Shown here: in pieces, positions 51,836 through 61,828 of the stretch
Layout: each line of letters begins with the position of its first letter
How positions within the stretch are numbered: position 1 is the stretch's first letter
Assembly: GCA_965197905.1 (NCBI GenBank)
Contig: CBDAOB010000005.1
Location: 1,440,001 to 1,504,000, forward strand
From: Candidatus Latescibacterota bacterium
GTDB lineage: Bacteria > Latescibacterota > UBA2968 > UBA8231
Direction of reading: 5' to 3'
Length of the DNA stretch: 64,000 bases
Position numbers and translations under genes: made by a program
The notes under the pieces: model-generated
Database searches by the model: none
The model's input: only the letters and a program-made list of their open reading frames with translations
Told to the model about the DNA's origin: nothing

Positions 51836-52777
51836 ATGCAGCAAACGAAATTGCTTTACGAAAGGAACAGCGGGCACCTCATGGTCGGCGTTTTCGTATT
51901 GGTAGCCATTCTGCTTTTCGGATGGCTGCTGATCCGCCAGCAAGGAGGCGCTGAGAGCTACACCATCATCGCCGGATTCAACACCATCACCAATGTCAAT
52001 GAAGCCACCTCCGTACGTTTGCGAGGATTCACGGTGGGTCAGGTGGAGCGGATCGAGTTCCGACCCCAGCCTCCCGACGGCGAAACCTATTTCCTGGTCG
52101 AAATGGGGATAGAGGATGAATACCCGGTTTTTGCCGGGACCTTCGCCGAAATACAAAGCAGCGGTCTCGTAGGAGACAGCTTCATTAATCTAAACGTGAG
52201 CGAGGCCGATTCTGACGTGCTCGAGGCGGGGGCGACCATCGAAGGCAGAGATGCGCCCGGCATGAAGCAGTTGGTGGCCACCCTGACTGCCATGGCTCAC
52301 AAGCTCGGGGGAGCCGGGGAGAGCATCCGCCGCGCCGATCTCGGGTACAAGCTCGGTCGCCTGGGGGATAGCTTTCACCGCGTCGCCACCACCTTGGATC
52401 AGGTGGGGGCGAGTGCCGACAGCCTGCTGCGCGCCAGCCGCGACATGGTGGACGGGGTAGAGCCGGAGGTGGTGGGTGTGTTGAAAAATGTGGACCGGAC
52501 CCTCGGGCAGCTGCAATCCACCATCGGCCACACCGATTCGCTAGTGATCTCCACCGGGAGCGATGTTCAGTCTTCCATCAAAGCGCTGCGCGCCAGCGTC
52601 GAGCGCCTCGACACCTTGCTGCAACGAGTTGACACCTTGATGTTGGGCAAGGAAGAGGAGATCGACCGTACCTTGAGCAACCTTCACGCTGCTTCCGAAT
52701 CGGTGCGGGAGATCAGCCAGCATCCATGGAAACTGCTCATCGGCCAAGATCACGAAGAAGAGGAAGGATCGAATTGA
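51836..52777 (+). CDS. mlaD: MlaD/MCE family protein
   Basis: VGVFVL TM, VRLRGFTVGQV, GLVGDSFI, helical tail. Confidence 0.9.
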   Translation: MQQTKLLYERNSGHLMVGVFVLVAILLFGWLLIRQQGGAESYTIIAGFNTITNVNEATSVRLRGFTVGQVERIEFRPQPPDGETYFLVEMGIEDEYPVFAGTFAEIQSSGLVGDSFINLNVSEADSDVLEAGATIEGRDAPGMKQLVATLTAMAHKLGGAGESIRRADLGYKLGRLGDSFHRVATTLDQVGASADSLLRASRDMVDGVEPEVVGVLKNVDRTLGQLQSTIGHTDSLVISTGSDVQSSIKALRASVERLDTLLQRVDTLMLGKEEEIDRTLSNLHAASESVREISQHPWKLLIGQDHEEEEGSN

Positions 52778-52808
52778 GCCCCCACTTGCGATTGGGCCGG
52801 CCCATCTA

Positions 52809-53513
52809 ATGAGTGCGTGTGCGGTCAAGCTGAGTGGACTGTTTTTTGTATTGGCACTCGGTGGTCCTCTGTGTGTTGTTGCCACGGCAATAAGCGTGGA
52901 GACCAAAGATGCGCAGACGGCGGAGTTGATCAATCTCGCGGTCAGCTATCAAACAGGCGCCGGAGTCGAGAAAGACCTCGATCTCGCTCTCGAATATTAC
53001 GAGGACGCACTCAAGTTCGATCCGGAGCTCTTTCCCGCGTTGTTCAATTCGGCGCAAATCTACTACGACCAAGAAAAATTCAAGAAGTCGAGCAAGCGAT
53101 TCCGCCAAGCTGCTGCCAGCGCCAGAGAGAGCGGTGCCAAGGCCGCGTCACTGGAAGCGAGGGCCTTGAGTGGGTTGGGTTCCTGTTACCAGAAGATCGA
53201 TAAACCCAAAACGGCGGAGAAGTGGTTTCGCGCTGCGATCCGCAAAGATCCGCAATTGGTGGAAGCGCATTACAACTTGGTGAATCTTCTCGTCGCCGCG
53301 GAGAGGGAAGAAGAAGCGCGGAAAGCGCTGGCCATTGCCGAGCGCCTGGCTCCCGACAGCAAGTACGGAATCTTCGAGGGTCGCCTGAAGGCGAAAGAAG
53401 GGCAGGAGGCCACGAAAGCTGTAAGCGGTAAAGTAGCGATCGTCGCCGTAATCGCCTTGTTGATCATGTACTCTTTCTACCTGCGAATGGCACGAAGGCG
53501 CGCGAGTCGATGA
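52809..53513 (+). CDS. Sel1/TPR repeat protein with C-terminal TM
   Basis: GAGVEKDLDLALEYY, ALFNSAQIY, AHYNL. Confidence 0.8.
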   Translation: MSACAVKLSGLFFVLALGGPLCVVATAISVETKDAQTAELINLAVSYQTGAGVEKDLDLALEYYEDALKFDPELFPALFNSAQIYYDQEKFKKSSKRFRQAAASARESGAKAASLEARALSGLGSCYQKIDKPKTAEKWFRAAIRKDPQLVEAHYNLVNLLVAAEREEEARKALAIAERLAPDSKYGIFEGRLKAKEGQEATKAVSGKVAIVAVIALLIMYSFYLRMARRRASR

Positions 53514-53587
53514 CCGACTCATGTGACGCAGGTTCGATTGACCATCCGATCGCTCGCCGCTATATTGCCACGGAATAGATTTAACTC

Positions 53588-53776
53588 GGTCCAGGTGCCG
53601 GCTTGAGAGCCGGAGAATAGGGAAGGCGGTGGAATGCCGCCACGGCCCCGCCACTGTGACCGGCCGCAGGTTCTACAGGAACCTGTTTGAGCGTTCGTAC
53701 AGGCCTCAGGTCTGTCCACTGGAAATCCTCCGGGAAGGGACGAACGCATGCCGGAAGTCAGGAGACCTGCCTGGGC
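53588..53776 (+). ncRNA. Cobalamin riboswitch
   Basis: AGGTGC..AATAGGGAA.CGGTG.AATGCCG..CGGCCCCGCCACTGTGA..CCACTGG..GGGAAGG..AGTCAGGAGACCTGCC, upstream of a Btu-like ABC transporter. Confidence 0.93.
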
Positions 53777-53827
53777 TGTTGCTTTGTGCCTGCGTGGGTG
53801 AGGCCGAGACAGCGGAAGGAGCTTCTT

Positions 53828-53858
53828 AGCCGACCTCGAACTGAGGGCGGTTTTTTTT
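53828..53858 (+). terminator. Riboswitch expression-platform terminator
   Basis: GCCGACCTC-loop-GAGGGCGG followed by T8, directly before ATG 53859. Confidence 0.75.
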
Positions 53859-54680
53859 ATGTGCCTACTGGAGCTTGAAAAAGCGGTATCTGGGTACCGG
53901 GCCGACCGTCCCGTTCTGCACGGTGTTGACTTGCAGCTTCACCGGGGCGACTTCGTTGGCCTGTTGGGTCCCAACGGGTGCGGCAAGAGCACCCTCATTC
54001 GCGCTATCACCGGCATCATTCCGCTTGCATCCGGCAGCGTGACCCTCGGAGGACGCCAGCTCCAGTCCCTCAATCGTCGCGAGATTGCACGCTTGGCGGG
54101 GGTAGTGCCGCAAGATGGAGCCGGTAGGTTCGCATTCTCGGTGCGGGAGGTGGTTATGATGGGGCGGCATGCGTACACGGGACGTTTCCGCAGCCCATCT
54201 CGCGAAGATGAGTCGAGTGTAACCATCGCCATGGAACAAACCCAGGTCGATCACCTGGCCACCCGCAGCGTGGTGGAATTGTCCGGTGGCGAGCGACAGC
54301 GGGTTATCATCGCCCGCGCCCTGGCTCAACGTCCCGCGGTTCTGCTGTTGGACGAACCCACGAATCACCTGGACATCAATCACCAGGTCGAGGTATTCGA
54401 TTTGTTGTATCGCTTGAACCGTGAGGAGGGGATGAGTCTTCTCTGTGTGACTCATGATCTGAACTTCGCCGCGGAGTACTGCAACAGAATCGTGTTGATG
54501 AAGGAGGGGAGAATATTTGCCCACGGGCGGCCACCGGAGGTGGTGACAGAAGCGGTTATCAACGAAGTCTACGGTGTGCGCGTCCGCGTCGCGTTGCGCG
54601 AAGATACGCCTCACGTTACCCCCGTTTTCAAGAAGGGCGGAGCCATTGAAACCGTCGAGGAGAATGCAGGTGCTGCCTAG
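53859..54680 (+). CDS. btuD: Cobalamin ABC transporter ATP-binding protein
   Basis: GPNGCGKS, LSGGERQR, LLDEPTNHLD; riboswitch upstream. Confidence 0.88.
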   Translation: MCLLELEKAVSGYRADRPVLHGVDLQLHRGDFVGLLGPNGCGKSTLIRAITGIIPLASGSVTLGGRQLQSLNRREIARLAGVVPQDGAGRFAFSVREVVMMGRHAYTGRFRSPSREDESSVTIAMEQTQVDHLATRSVVELSGGERQRVIIARALAQRPAVLLLDEPTNHLDINHQVEVFDLLYRLNREEGMSLLCVTHDLNFAAEYCNRIVLMKEGRIFAHGRPPEVVTEAVINEVYGVRVRVALREDTPHVTPVFKKGGAIETVEENAGAA

Positions 54681-55566
54681 CCTGACGGTGGTGGCGATCG
54701 GCCTGGTCGTCGGTAACGTCGAATTGAGCGCAACGATAGTCGAAGTCGACGATCTGGACATCAATGTCACGTTGGAGGCTCGGCCGAAGAGAATCGTCTC
54801 GCTGTCGCCAAGCAATACCGAGCTACTTTTTGCACTGGGGGTGGGGAATCGCCTCGTCGGCGTAACGGAACATTGCAACTATCCTTCCGAGGCGGAGCAG
54901 ATCGAAAAAATAGGGGGCTTCAAGGCGCTCAGCATCGAGAAGATGCTCGCCCTCAAACCCGATCTCGTAGTTGCTATCAAGGGGAACACCCTGGAATCGT
55001 TAGAAACCCTCAGGAGCTTCGATGTACCGGTGTTTGCTCTCAACATCGGATCCGTACAGCAGCTACTGGAAGCGGTGAGCCGAGTGGGCCGCCTGACGGG
55101 TAGTCAGCATGCAGCCGACTCGTTGCGAGCCGTCCTTACTGCCCGCCTGGACGATGTGAAAGCCACCGTCGGGAAACGCGAGCGAAGACCCCGCATGATG
55201 TGGGGACATTGGGGCGAACCGATCTTCACAGCCGGGCAGAACACCTACATCGACGATGTGTTGCATCTGGCGGGCGGCGAGAATCTGGGCCGCCGGGCAC
55301 CGGGCGCCTGGCCCCAGGTCAGCCTGGAAACGGTGGTCTCGTGGGCGCCGGAGATCTTGATCACCACCATGTCGTTCACACCCCAGCGACGGGAACGGGA
55401 AATCTGCGAACTAAGGCAACGAGACGGTTGGAAGTCAATCCCGGCGGTGAAGAAGGACGGAATCGTGTTTCTCGAAGCGGATCTGTTGCTGCGTCCTGGT
55501 CCCCGCGTTTTCGAAGCGCTTGAACAGCTCGTGGCCGAGGTGGAGCGCCGCGAAATCGGTCACTAA
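54664..55566 (+). CDS. btuF: Cobalamin-binding periplasmic protein
   Basis: RIVSLSPSNTELLFALG, LKPDLV, LRPGPR. Confidence 0.88.
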   Translation: MQVLPSLTVVAIGLVVGNVELSATIVEVDDLDINVTLEARPKRIVSLSPSNTELLFALGVGNRLVGVTEHCNYPSEAEQIEKIGGFKALSIEKMLALKPDLVVAIKGNTLESLETLRSFDVPVFALNIGSVQQLLEAVSRVGRLTGSQHAADSLRAVLTARLDDVKATVGKRERRPRMMWGHWGEPIFTAGQNTYIDDVLHLAGGENLGRRAPGAWPQVSLETVVSWAPEILITTMSFTPQRREREICELRQRDGWKSIPAVKKDGIVFLEADLLLRPGPRVFEALEQLVAEVERREIGH

Positions 55567-55567
55567 C

Positions 55568-56578
55568 ATGCCGCTGCCGTTGATGTTACTGCTCCTGCTG
55601 GTGGTCCTGGCAGGCGGGGTGATCACCTCACTTCTCACCGGACCCGTTGCTATTCCCGCAGACAAGGTCTTCCAAGTTCTGTACCAAGTATTCGATGCCG
55701 GTTCCGGCGGTGACGTGGAGATCGAGATCGTCCGTAACCTGCGGCTGCCCCAGGTGATTCTGGCGATCCTGGTGGGCGCGGCGCTGGCGCAAAGCGGCGC
55801 TGCCATGCAGGGTTTTTTCCAGAACCCGATGGCGGATCCCTTTGTCATCGGCGTCTCTGCGGGCGCGGCGCTGGGGGCGACCATCGCCGTTTTTCTCTCG
55901 TTGGACATCTGGGTGTTTGGCGTCAACGCAGTGGCGGGTTTCGCCTTCGTAGGTGCCGTTGCCATCACATTCCTGGTTTACGCGCTCTCCGCTCGAGGCG
56001 GGCGGGTCCCGGTTACGACGGTTCTTCTTACAGGTATCGCAGTCGGATCGCTCTGTACGGCCCTCACCTCCTTCCTGATGATCAGCGGTCATCACGATCT
56101 GCACAGAATTCTCTACTGGCTCATGGGCAGCCTGACCGCGCGCCGGTGGGACCACGTGCAGATGGTTTGGCCTCAGATCCTGGTCGGTCTGATATTGCTG
56201 CAGCTATTTAGCCGTGATCTAAACCTGATACTTCAGGGGGAGGAGAACGCCAAATATCTTGGCGTGGACGTTGACCGGGTCAAGAAGGTGCTTCTCCTGC
56301 TTTCGGCGATGCTCGCCGCGGCTGCGGTCTCGGTGAGCGGCATTATCGGTTTCGTCGGCCTGATAGTACCTCACGTGATGCGGCTTTTAGTGGGGCCCGA
56401 TCACCGAAAGCTCTTCCCAGCATCGATTTTGGGGGGTGCCATTCTTCTAGTGTGGGCAGATGTGCTGGCGCGGAATATCATCGCCCCCGCCGAAGTTCCC
56501 ATCGGTATCATCACCTCGGTTCTCGGTTGTCCGTTTTTCTTGATCTTGTTGTCACGCCGCCGGGAAACCGACCTCTAG
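55568..56578 (+). CDS. btuC: FecCD/BtuC family permease
   Basis: LRLP, FQNPMADP..GVSAGA, IGFVGLIVPH, EVPIGIIT. Confidence 0.9.
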   Translation: MPLPLMLLLLLVVLAGGVITSLLTGPVAIPADKVFQVLYQVFDAGSGGDVEIEIVRNLRLPQVILAILVGAALAQSGAAMQGFFQNPMADPFVIGVSAGAALGATIAVFLSLDIWVFGVNAVAGFAFVGAVAITFLVYALSARGGRVPVTTVLLTGIAVGSLCTALTSFLMISGHHDLHRILYWLMGSLTARRWDHVQMVWPQILVGLILLQLFSRDLNLILQGEENAKYLGVDVDRVKKVLLLLSAMLAAAAVSVSGIIGFVGLIVPHVMRLLVGPDHRKLFPASILGGAILLVWADVLARNIIAPAEVPIGIITSVLGCPFFLILLSRRRETDL

Positions 56579-56707
56579 TTTTCGGTTCGAGACCTATCTC
56601 CAAGCTTTCGTTTTCCCATCTTCACTGCTCGTTTCTACAAAATTTTCAAAGGTTGCATCGCCATGAAGCCTTTCTTGAATTTTACATATTAGTTAGCCCT
56701 TGCAATT

Positions 56708-56727
56708 AAATTAGACTTCTCTAAATT
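56708..56727. promoter_or_regulatory. DtxR/MntR-like operator AAATTAGACTTCTCTAAATT
   Basis: TTAG-N6-CTAA imperfect palindrome in an AT-rich promoter. Confidence 0.5.
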
Positions 56728-56781
56728 TACAGGAAGTCATATCTAATAAATAGTTTTGTTTACTAAACCCCTCGGAGAATC

Positions 56782-57987
56782 ATGAAATACACCAGGCTAT
56801 TGTGTGGTGGCGCGTTGTGTCTCGCAATCTCGGCGTGTGACACCTTCATGTCGGAAGCCCCTACGGCGGGTGAGAGCTTCGTAGAGCCGATGGAAGGGCT
56901 AGACCACGATCTAAACAATATCTTTGCCGTTGGGGACGAAAATTTCGAACGGCCTTTTGCGATCAGCGAAGGCTTGGGTCCCATCTTCAATAATATCAGC
57001 TGCGAGGGATGCCATCCTGGCGATGGTCGCGGAACACCTGAACTTGGCTTCTTCCGCTTCAGCCGCGATGCCGATCTCGTTCCTGGAGAAGGTGGTCCGC
57101 AACACCAGGACAAGTCGATTCCGGGCATACCCCTCGAGTTGATACCCGCGGGAGTCGATCGGTCGTTTCGTATGCCGCCCCCCGCATTCGGCGTCGGCCT
57201 CATCGAAGCGATCCCGGTGGAAACGATCCTGGCAAATGAGGATCCGAACGACAGCGACGGGGATGGGATATCGGGGCGGGCGAACTGGGTGCAGGCCGCC
57301 GATTTCGTGCCTGCATCCCAAGAGGGCGGTGGCCCCGGGGTGCAGTTGGGTCGCTTTTCGCGGAAAGCCCAAGTATCCTCGCTGTTGCAGCAGGTGGCCG
57401 AGGCCTACCATCAGGACATGGGCATAACCAACGATTTTCTTCCGGAGGAGAACACCCACCCGCAAGCAGATGTTACCATGCCGCGCGGGGATTTGGTTGC
57501 CGATCCCGAGATCCCGGCGTCCACCGTGCTGGAGACGGTGATGTATGTGCGTCTACTCGCTCCACCGAATCGCGGCAAGGAGACTGCGGCGGTCCAGCAA
57601 GGCGAGGGGCTGTTCACCCAGATTGGGTGCGCATCGTGCCACACTCCCACGATGCGCACTGGACCCAACCAGATCGAGCAACTGTCCGCCGTCGATGCCA
57701 ATCTCTACTCGGATCTGCTGCTCCATGACATGGGCCCAGGTCTCGAGGACGGTCGACCTGACGGTGACGCTGACGGTCGGGAATGGCGTACGGCGCCTCT
57801 GTGGGGTCTCCGACTGGTGGCTGAATTTCTCGGCGGAACCCCGTTCTATATGCACGACGGACGCACCTCCGATCTCGACGAGGCGATACGCATGCACGGA
57901 GGGGAAGCCGAGGCGCCAAGGGATCGCTACGCGGGGCTGACGGCCGGCGAGCAGGCCGCCGTGGTGGCCTTCCTCAACTCGCTGTAG
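56782..57987 (+). CDS. Di-heme oxidoreductase (DHOR-like) lipoprotein
   Basis: Lipobox ISAC; GLGPIFN..SCEGCH; GCASCH; YSDLLLHDMG; WRTAPLWG; HDGR. Confidence 0.9.
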   Translation: MKYTRLLCGGALCLAISACDTFMSEAPTAGESFVEPMEGLDHDLNNIFAVGDENFERPFAISEGLGPIFNNISCEGCHPGDGRGTPELGFFRFSRDADLVPGEGGPQHQDKSIPGIPLELIPAGVDRSFRMPPPAFGVGLIEAIPVETILANEDPNDSDGDGISGRANWVQAADFVPASQEGGGPGVQLGRFSRKAQVSSLLQQVAEAYHQDMGITNDFLPEENTHPQADVTMPRGDLVADPEIPASTVLETVMYVRLLAPPNRGKETAAVQQGEGLFTQIGCASCHTPTMRTGPNQIEQLSAVDANLYSDLLLHDMGPGLEDGRPDGDADGREWRTAPLWGLRLVAEFLGGTPFYMHDGRTSDLDEAIRMHGGEAEAPRDRYAGLTAGEQAAVVAFLNSL

Positions 57988-57988
57988 C

Positions 57989-58429
57989 GTGGCCTCTGAT
58001 ACGGACAGCCAGATTTCCCGTCGCGATTTCATAACACGCCTAGGTCTGGTTGGGCTGGCCTGTACCGAATTGACCGCCTGTGCGGGAACACCCCGGTATC
58101 AAGGGGTGGTTGAACGCGGAGTTCTGGCGCTGAATCGAGTGGAAATCGAGGTCTTGCTCGGCGAACACTCGGCCATCGTGGTTTTCGCTCCAGGCTGGGA
58201 CGAGTCTTTGGTTCTCAGCCGTCGCCCTGACGGTGCTTTCCGGGCTGTGAGTTCGAGGTGTACTCATATGGGTTGCCAGGTACGCCCTGGCGGACGTTTT
58301 CTCACCTGTCCATGTCATGGTTCGACCTTTGACTTGGAGGGGCACGTCGTCCGCGGTCCCGCTGCGAAGCCGCTTGCCCAGTACAGGGTGTCTGAAACGA
58401 GTAACGCGTTGGAAGTCAACGCTCTATAG
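57989..58429 (+). CDS. Rieske [2Fe-2S] protein with Tat signal
   Basis: SRRDFI; CTHMGC; CPCHGSTFD. Confidence 0.92.
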   Translation: MASDTDSQISRRDFITRLGLVGLACTELTACAGTPRYQGVVERGVLALNRVEIEVLLGEHSAIVVFAPGWDESLVLSRRPDGAFRAVSSRCTHMGCQVRPGGRFLTCPCHGSTFDLEGHVVRGPAAKPLAQYRVSETSNALEVNAL

Positions 58430-58451
58430 GAATGACCTGAAAGGAATTATC

Positions 58452-59618
58452 ATGAGATTGAGGATCTGGATCGCAGTACTAGTGGCAGGGTTGGCGCTCG
58501 AGTTTAACCCGGCTGCGGCAGAAAGCGAAACGCCGTCTCGACCGTTCGTCAAAGGTGGCATAGACGACAAACCCTTCATCGCCTCGACGAGCAATCAAGC
58601 CCGGGTCGGCGGGTACATGGAAGCGCATTTCAGATACGAGCGGGAAGAAGGGGTTACCGAAGAGCTGACGTTCGAGCCGAAGCGGTTTAACATCTTCACT
58701 TTTGCTCCGGTTTCGGATCGTGTGCGCGTTGCTTCCGAGCTAGAATTCGAGGAGGGTGGGGAGGAGATTAAGATCGAAATAGCTGTTCTGGATTTCGAGC
58801 TTCATCCCGCGGTGACCTTTCGCGGCGGCATCATTCTCTCGCCGTTGGGCCGGTTCAATCTGGCCCACGACAGCCCAACGAACGAGCTCACCGGTCGGCC
58901 GCTGGTGAGTACGGAGATCATTCCTACCGCTCTTTCGGAGGCTGGGATGGGATTCTACGGCGCCTGGTATCCCACGGACCAGTCCCGGGTTACCTACGAG
59001 GTTTATGGTGTTAACGGCTTCGGGGATGGCGTGATCCTGGGCGATCCGGAGGGCACGAGAATCGGTGCCGGCAAAGGCAATCTGGAAGACAACAACAACC
59101 GGCCCGCGTGGGTGGGTCGTGTCGGCTTCAGCCCGGCCGCGTCGCAGGAGATAGGTCTCTCCGTTCACACGGGACCGTACAACACCTGGATGGCGGAGGA
59201 TCTCACCATCGATGAAAAACGCAATCTGACGATTCTCGCGCTCGACTGGGAATGGACCCGGGACCGTTTCGATCTGCTGGGAGAATACGCCAAAGCCTCC
59301 CTCGATGTCCCAGGAGAAACCGGCATCTTTTCAGAAAGTCAGGAGGGGGTGTACGTTCAGATCAATGCTCGTTTTGGTCGCGGTTTCGTCTCCCGCCTCC
59401 CGGATTCGAACTTCACCGCGGTTGTGCGCCTAGGTGCTGTCGACTTCGATGCCGATGCCGACGGGGACAGCGAGCGCCGAATCACCTTTGGTTGCAACTT
59501 CAGGCCAACGCCGGACACGGTATTCAAGCTCGATTACCAGCGCAATCAGTCACGGGATCCGTTCGAAAACGAAGCCAAGGGGGCCGCGCTTCTCTTCAGC
59601 GTTGCTTCCTACTTTTAG
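58452..59618 (+). CDS. Outer-membrane porin-like protein
   Basis: Signal peptide, GGYMEAH, ELEFEEG, alternating beta strands, terminal SYF. Confidence 0.75.
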   Translation: MRLRIWIAVLVAGLALEFNPAAAESETPSRPFVKGGIDDKPFIASTSNQARVGGYMEAHFRYEREEGVTEELTFEPKRFNIFTFAPVSDRVRVASELEFEEGGEEIKIEIAVLDFELHPAVTFRGGIILSPLGRFNLAHDSPTNELTGRPLVSTEIIPTALSEAGMGFYGAWYPTDQSRVTYEVYGVNGFGDGVILGDPEGTRIGAGKGNLEDNNNRPAWVGRVGFSPAASQEIGLSVHTGPYNTWMAEDLTIDEKRNLTILALDWEWTRDRFDLLGEYAKASLDVPGETGIFSESQEGVYVQINARFGRGFVSRLPDSNFTAVVRLGAVDFDADADGDSERRITFGCNFRPTPDTVFKLDYQRNQSRDPFENEAKGAALLFSVASYF

Positions 59619-59706
59619 CGTCCTCAATACACCAAACATATCACGGGACATGGGCGCCTTCTTCCCCGGGTGCCGGTCTTTTCCGTGCCCCGAGGAAATC
59701 GTCGGA

Positions 59707-60279
59707 ATGAAGCCGGTAGTAGTCGTCTCGGGGTTGCCGCGCTCGGGCACTTCCATGATGATGAAGATGCTGGAAGCCGCTGGCATCGAGCCGATTGTCG
59801 ACCAACATCGAGCCGCCGACGAGGACAACCCGCAAGGGTATTACGAATTCGAACCAGTCAAACGTCTTGAGCTCGATCACGCCTGGCTGGCTGAATCAGG
59901 CGGTCGATCAGTAAAGGTGGTCTCGCGGCTTCTCGTCCATCTACCGGGAGAATACCGGTATCGGATCATTTTCATGCGCCGACGAATGGTTGAGATTCTC
60001 GCCTCGCATCGGGCGATGTTAGAGCGCCGCGGCGCCCAGAAAACACAGCCGCCGGATGAAACGATGAATGTGCTGTTTGAAAAACATCTCGACGAGGTCG
60101 GACACTGGCTGCAGGAGCAAGAGAATGTCGAGGTGCTCTTCGTAAGCTACAACGAGGTCTTGGAAAACGCCGCGGAACACGTGGCGAGGATCGGGTCCTT
60201 TCTCGAGTTTGAAACAGGACTGGATGCCATGGAGGATGCAGTGGATCGGGAGTTGTACCGGCAGCGATCACCATGTTGA
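59707..60279 (+). CDS. Sulfotransferase family protein
   Basis: VSGLPRSGTSMMM, NPQGYYE. Confidence 0.85.
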   Translation: MKPVVVVSGLPRSGTSMMMKMLEAAGIEPIVDQHRAADEDNPQGYYEFEPVKRLELDHAWLAESGGRSVKVVSRLLVHLPGEYRYRIIFMRRRMVEILASHRAMLERRGAQKTQPPDETMNVLFEKHLDEVGHWLQEQENVEVLFVSYNEVLENAAEHVARIGSFLEFETGLDAMEDAVDRELYRQRSPC

Positions 60280-60932
60280 GACGATTGAACTTCGCACGCT
60301 CTGTTCCATTTGCTATCGTACTGAGTGTTCTGGTTTTCGCTGGATGTAGCCAGAACTACAGCGACAAGCGGGCTCACGAGGCGTTGGCAGAGCGTGGGAT
60401 GAAAGCGGTAAAGGTGAAACCTAAGGAGGAGCGTGGTTCAACCGAGACGGTGGTCGGTCCCATCGATTACGGCGGCCTAACAGCTACGCCGCCATCGGGA
60501 TGGGAACAACTGACACCCTCCAGCTCCATGCGACTGGCAGAATTCAGCTTACCGGGAAAACCGGTGGGGAGTGGCGATGCGACCCTGGCAATATTCTACT
60601 TTGGACGGGGCCAGGGTGGCTCGGTTGAACAGAATATTGACCGCTGGTACAGCCAGTTCGAACAACCGGACGGCGGTTCCACGAAACAGGCGTCCCGACG
60701 GTGGCGAGACACCGTTTACGGAATGCCGGTCACAATGGTGGATATCGCCGGTAGCTTTACCGCGGGGATGGGTCCGGGCGCCGGGTCTGATAAACCAGCT
60801 ACGGGCTACCGTATGCTCGGGGCCATTGTCGAATCGGACAAAGGTCCGTATTTCTTCAAATTGATCGGTCCCGACGCCACAGTGTCGCACTGGAGCCAGA
60901 GCTTTACGACGTTCATTTCTAGCATTCGATAA
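60273..60932 (+). CDS. Conserved hypothetical lipoprotein
   Basis: Lipobox FAGC; SMRLAEF, GGSVEQNIDRWYSQF, YFFKLIGP. Confidence 0.75.
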   Translation: MLRRLNFARSVPFAIVLSVLVFAGCSQNYSDKRAHEALAERGMKAVKVKPKEERGSTETVVGPIDYGGLTATPPSGWEQLTPSSSMRLAEFSLPGKPVGSGDATLAIFYFGRGQGGSVEQNIDRWYSQFEQPDGGSTKQASRRWRDTVYGMPVTMVDIAGSFTAGMGPGAGSDKPATGYRMLGAIVESDKGPYFFKLIGPDATVSHWSQSFTTFISSIR

Positions 60933-60976
60933 GCTACAGTCTCAGTTTTTGGATATAGGAGAAGACGATCTTGTAC

Positions 60977-61813
60977 ATGCAGCTGGAGGACGAGTTCGGT
61001 GACGTGGTAGGCAAGGCGAGGCGCGGGCACGAGATATCCGTTTCAGACCTGGCGAAGCAGGTGGGAATCTCGGAAAACGACATCGAGCGGATCGAAAGCT
61101 ACGAGCTGACCCCGCCTGACGATACGATAGATGCCCTGGCCGCTCATCTGGAACTGGACTCCGCCAAGCTGCTGTCGGCAGCTAGCAAACGATTCTTCCC
61201 CCTCTATCCTTCAGGCCGTCCGGTGGAGGGGCTGGTGCTGGAAATGCTGGTGCTCGGTAGCGATTTCCTCATGAACGGCTACGTCGTCGGTTGTGTGGAA
61301 ACCCACAAGGGTGTGGTGATCGATCCGGGGTTCGATCCTGAAAAGATCCTCAAAGTGGTGGAAGCTGCCGAGCTTGACGTCGAAGAGGTGCTGCTGACCC
61401 ACGGCCACGGAGATCACACAGGTGCTCTGTCGGAGGTCTGCCAAGCCACTGGAGCGCCGGCGCGTATCAATCCTGCAGATGATCATCTTCTAGGCGGCCA
61501 ACGCACCAAGATCGAGGGTGAGATCGCGGCCGGGGATTCGATTGTCGTTGGAAATCAAAGGTTTTTGGTGGCCGCGACGCCGGGTCACACCCCCGGAGGC
61601 GTCAGCTTCATCCATGAAAGCGTGGCGATCGTAGGGGACGCGCTGTTCGCCGGCTCGGTAGGCGGTACTAAAAACCTCGGCGATTTTCAGATGCAGCAGA
61701 GCGCCGTGGCCGAGCAGCTACTGGTGCTCGACGAAAAGGTGCAGCTGTTTCCTGGGCACGGCCCCGCGACCAGCGTCGGGGAAGAGCGGTCGAACAATCC
61801 GTTTTTTACCTAG
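60977..61813 (+). CDS. XRE-type HTH fused to MBL-fold metallo-hydrolase
   Basis: GKARRGHEISVSDLAKQVG; THGHGDH, TPGHTPG, GDALF, PGHG. Confidence 0.88.
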   Translation: MQLEDEFGDVVGKARRGHEISVSDLAKQVGISENDIERIESYELTPPDDTIDALAAHLELDSAKLLSAASKRFFPLYPSGRPVEGLVLEMLVLGSDFLMNGYVVGCVETHKGVVIDPGFDPEKILKVVEAAELDVEEVLLTHGHGDHTGALSEVCQATGAPARINPADDHLLGGQRTKIEGEIAAGDSIVVGNQRFLVAATPGHTPGGVSFIHESVAIVGDALFAGSVGGTKNLGDFQMQQSAVAEQLLVLDEKVQLFPGHGPATSVGEERSNNPFFT

Positions 61814-61828
61814 CAGGCTCTGACTCGT

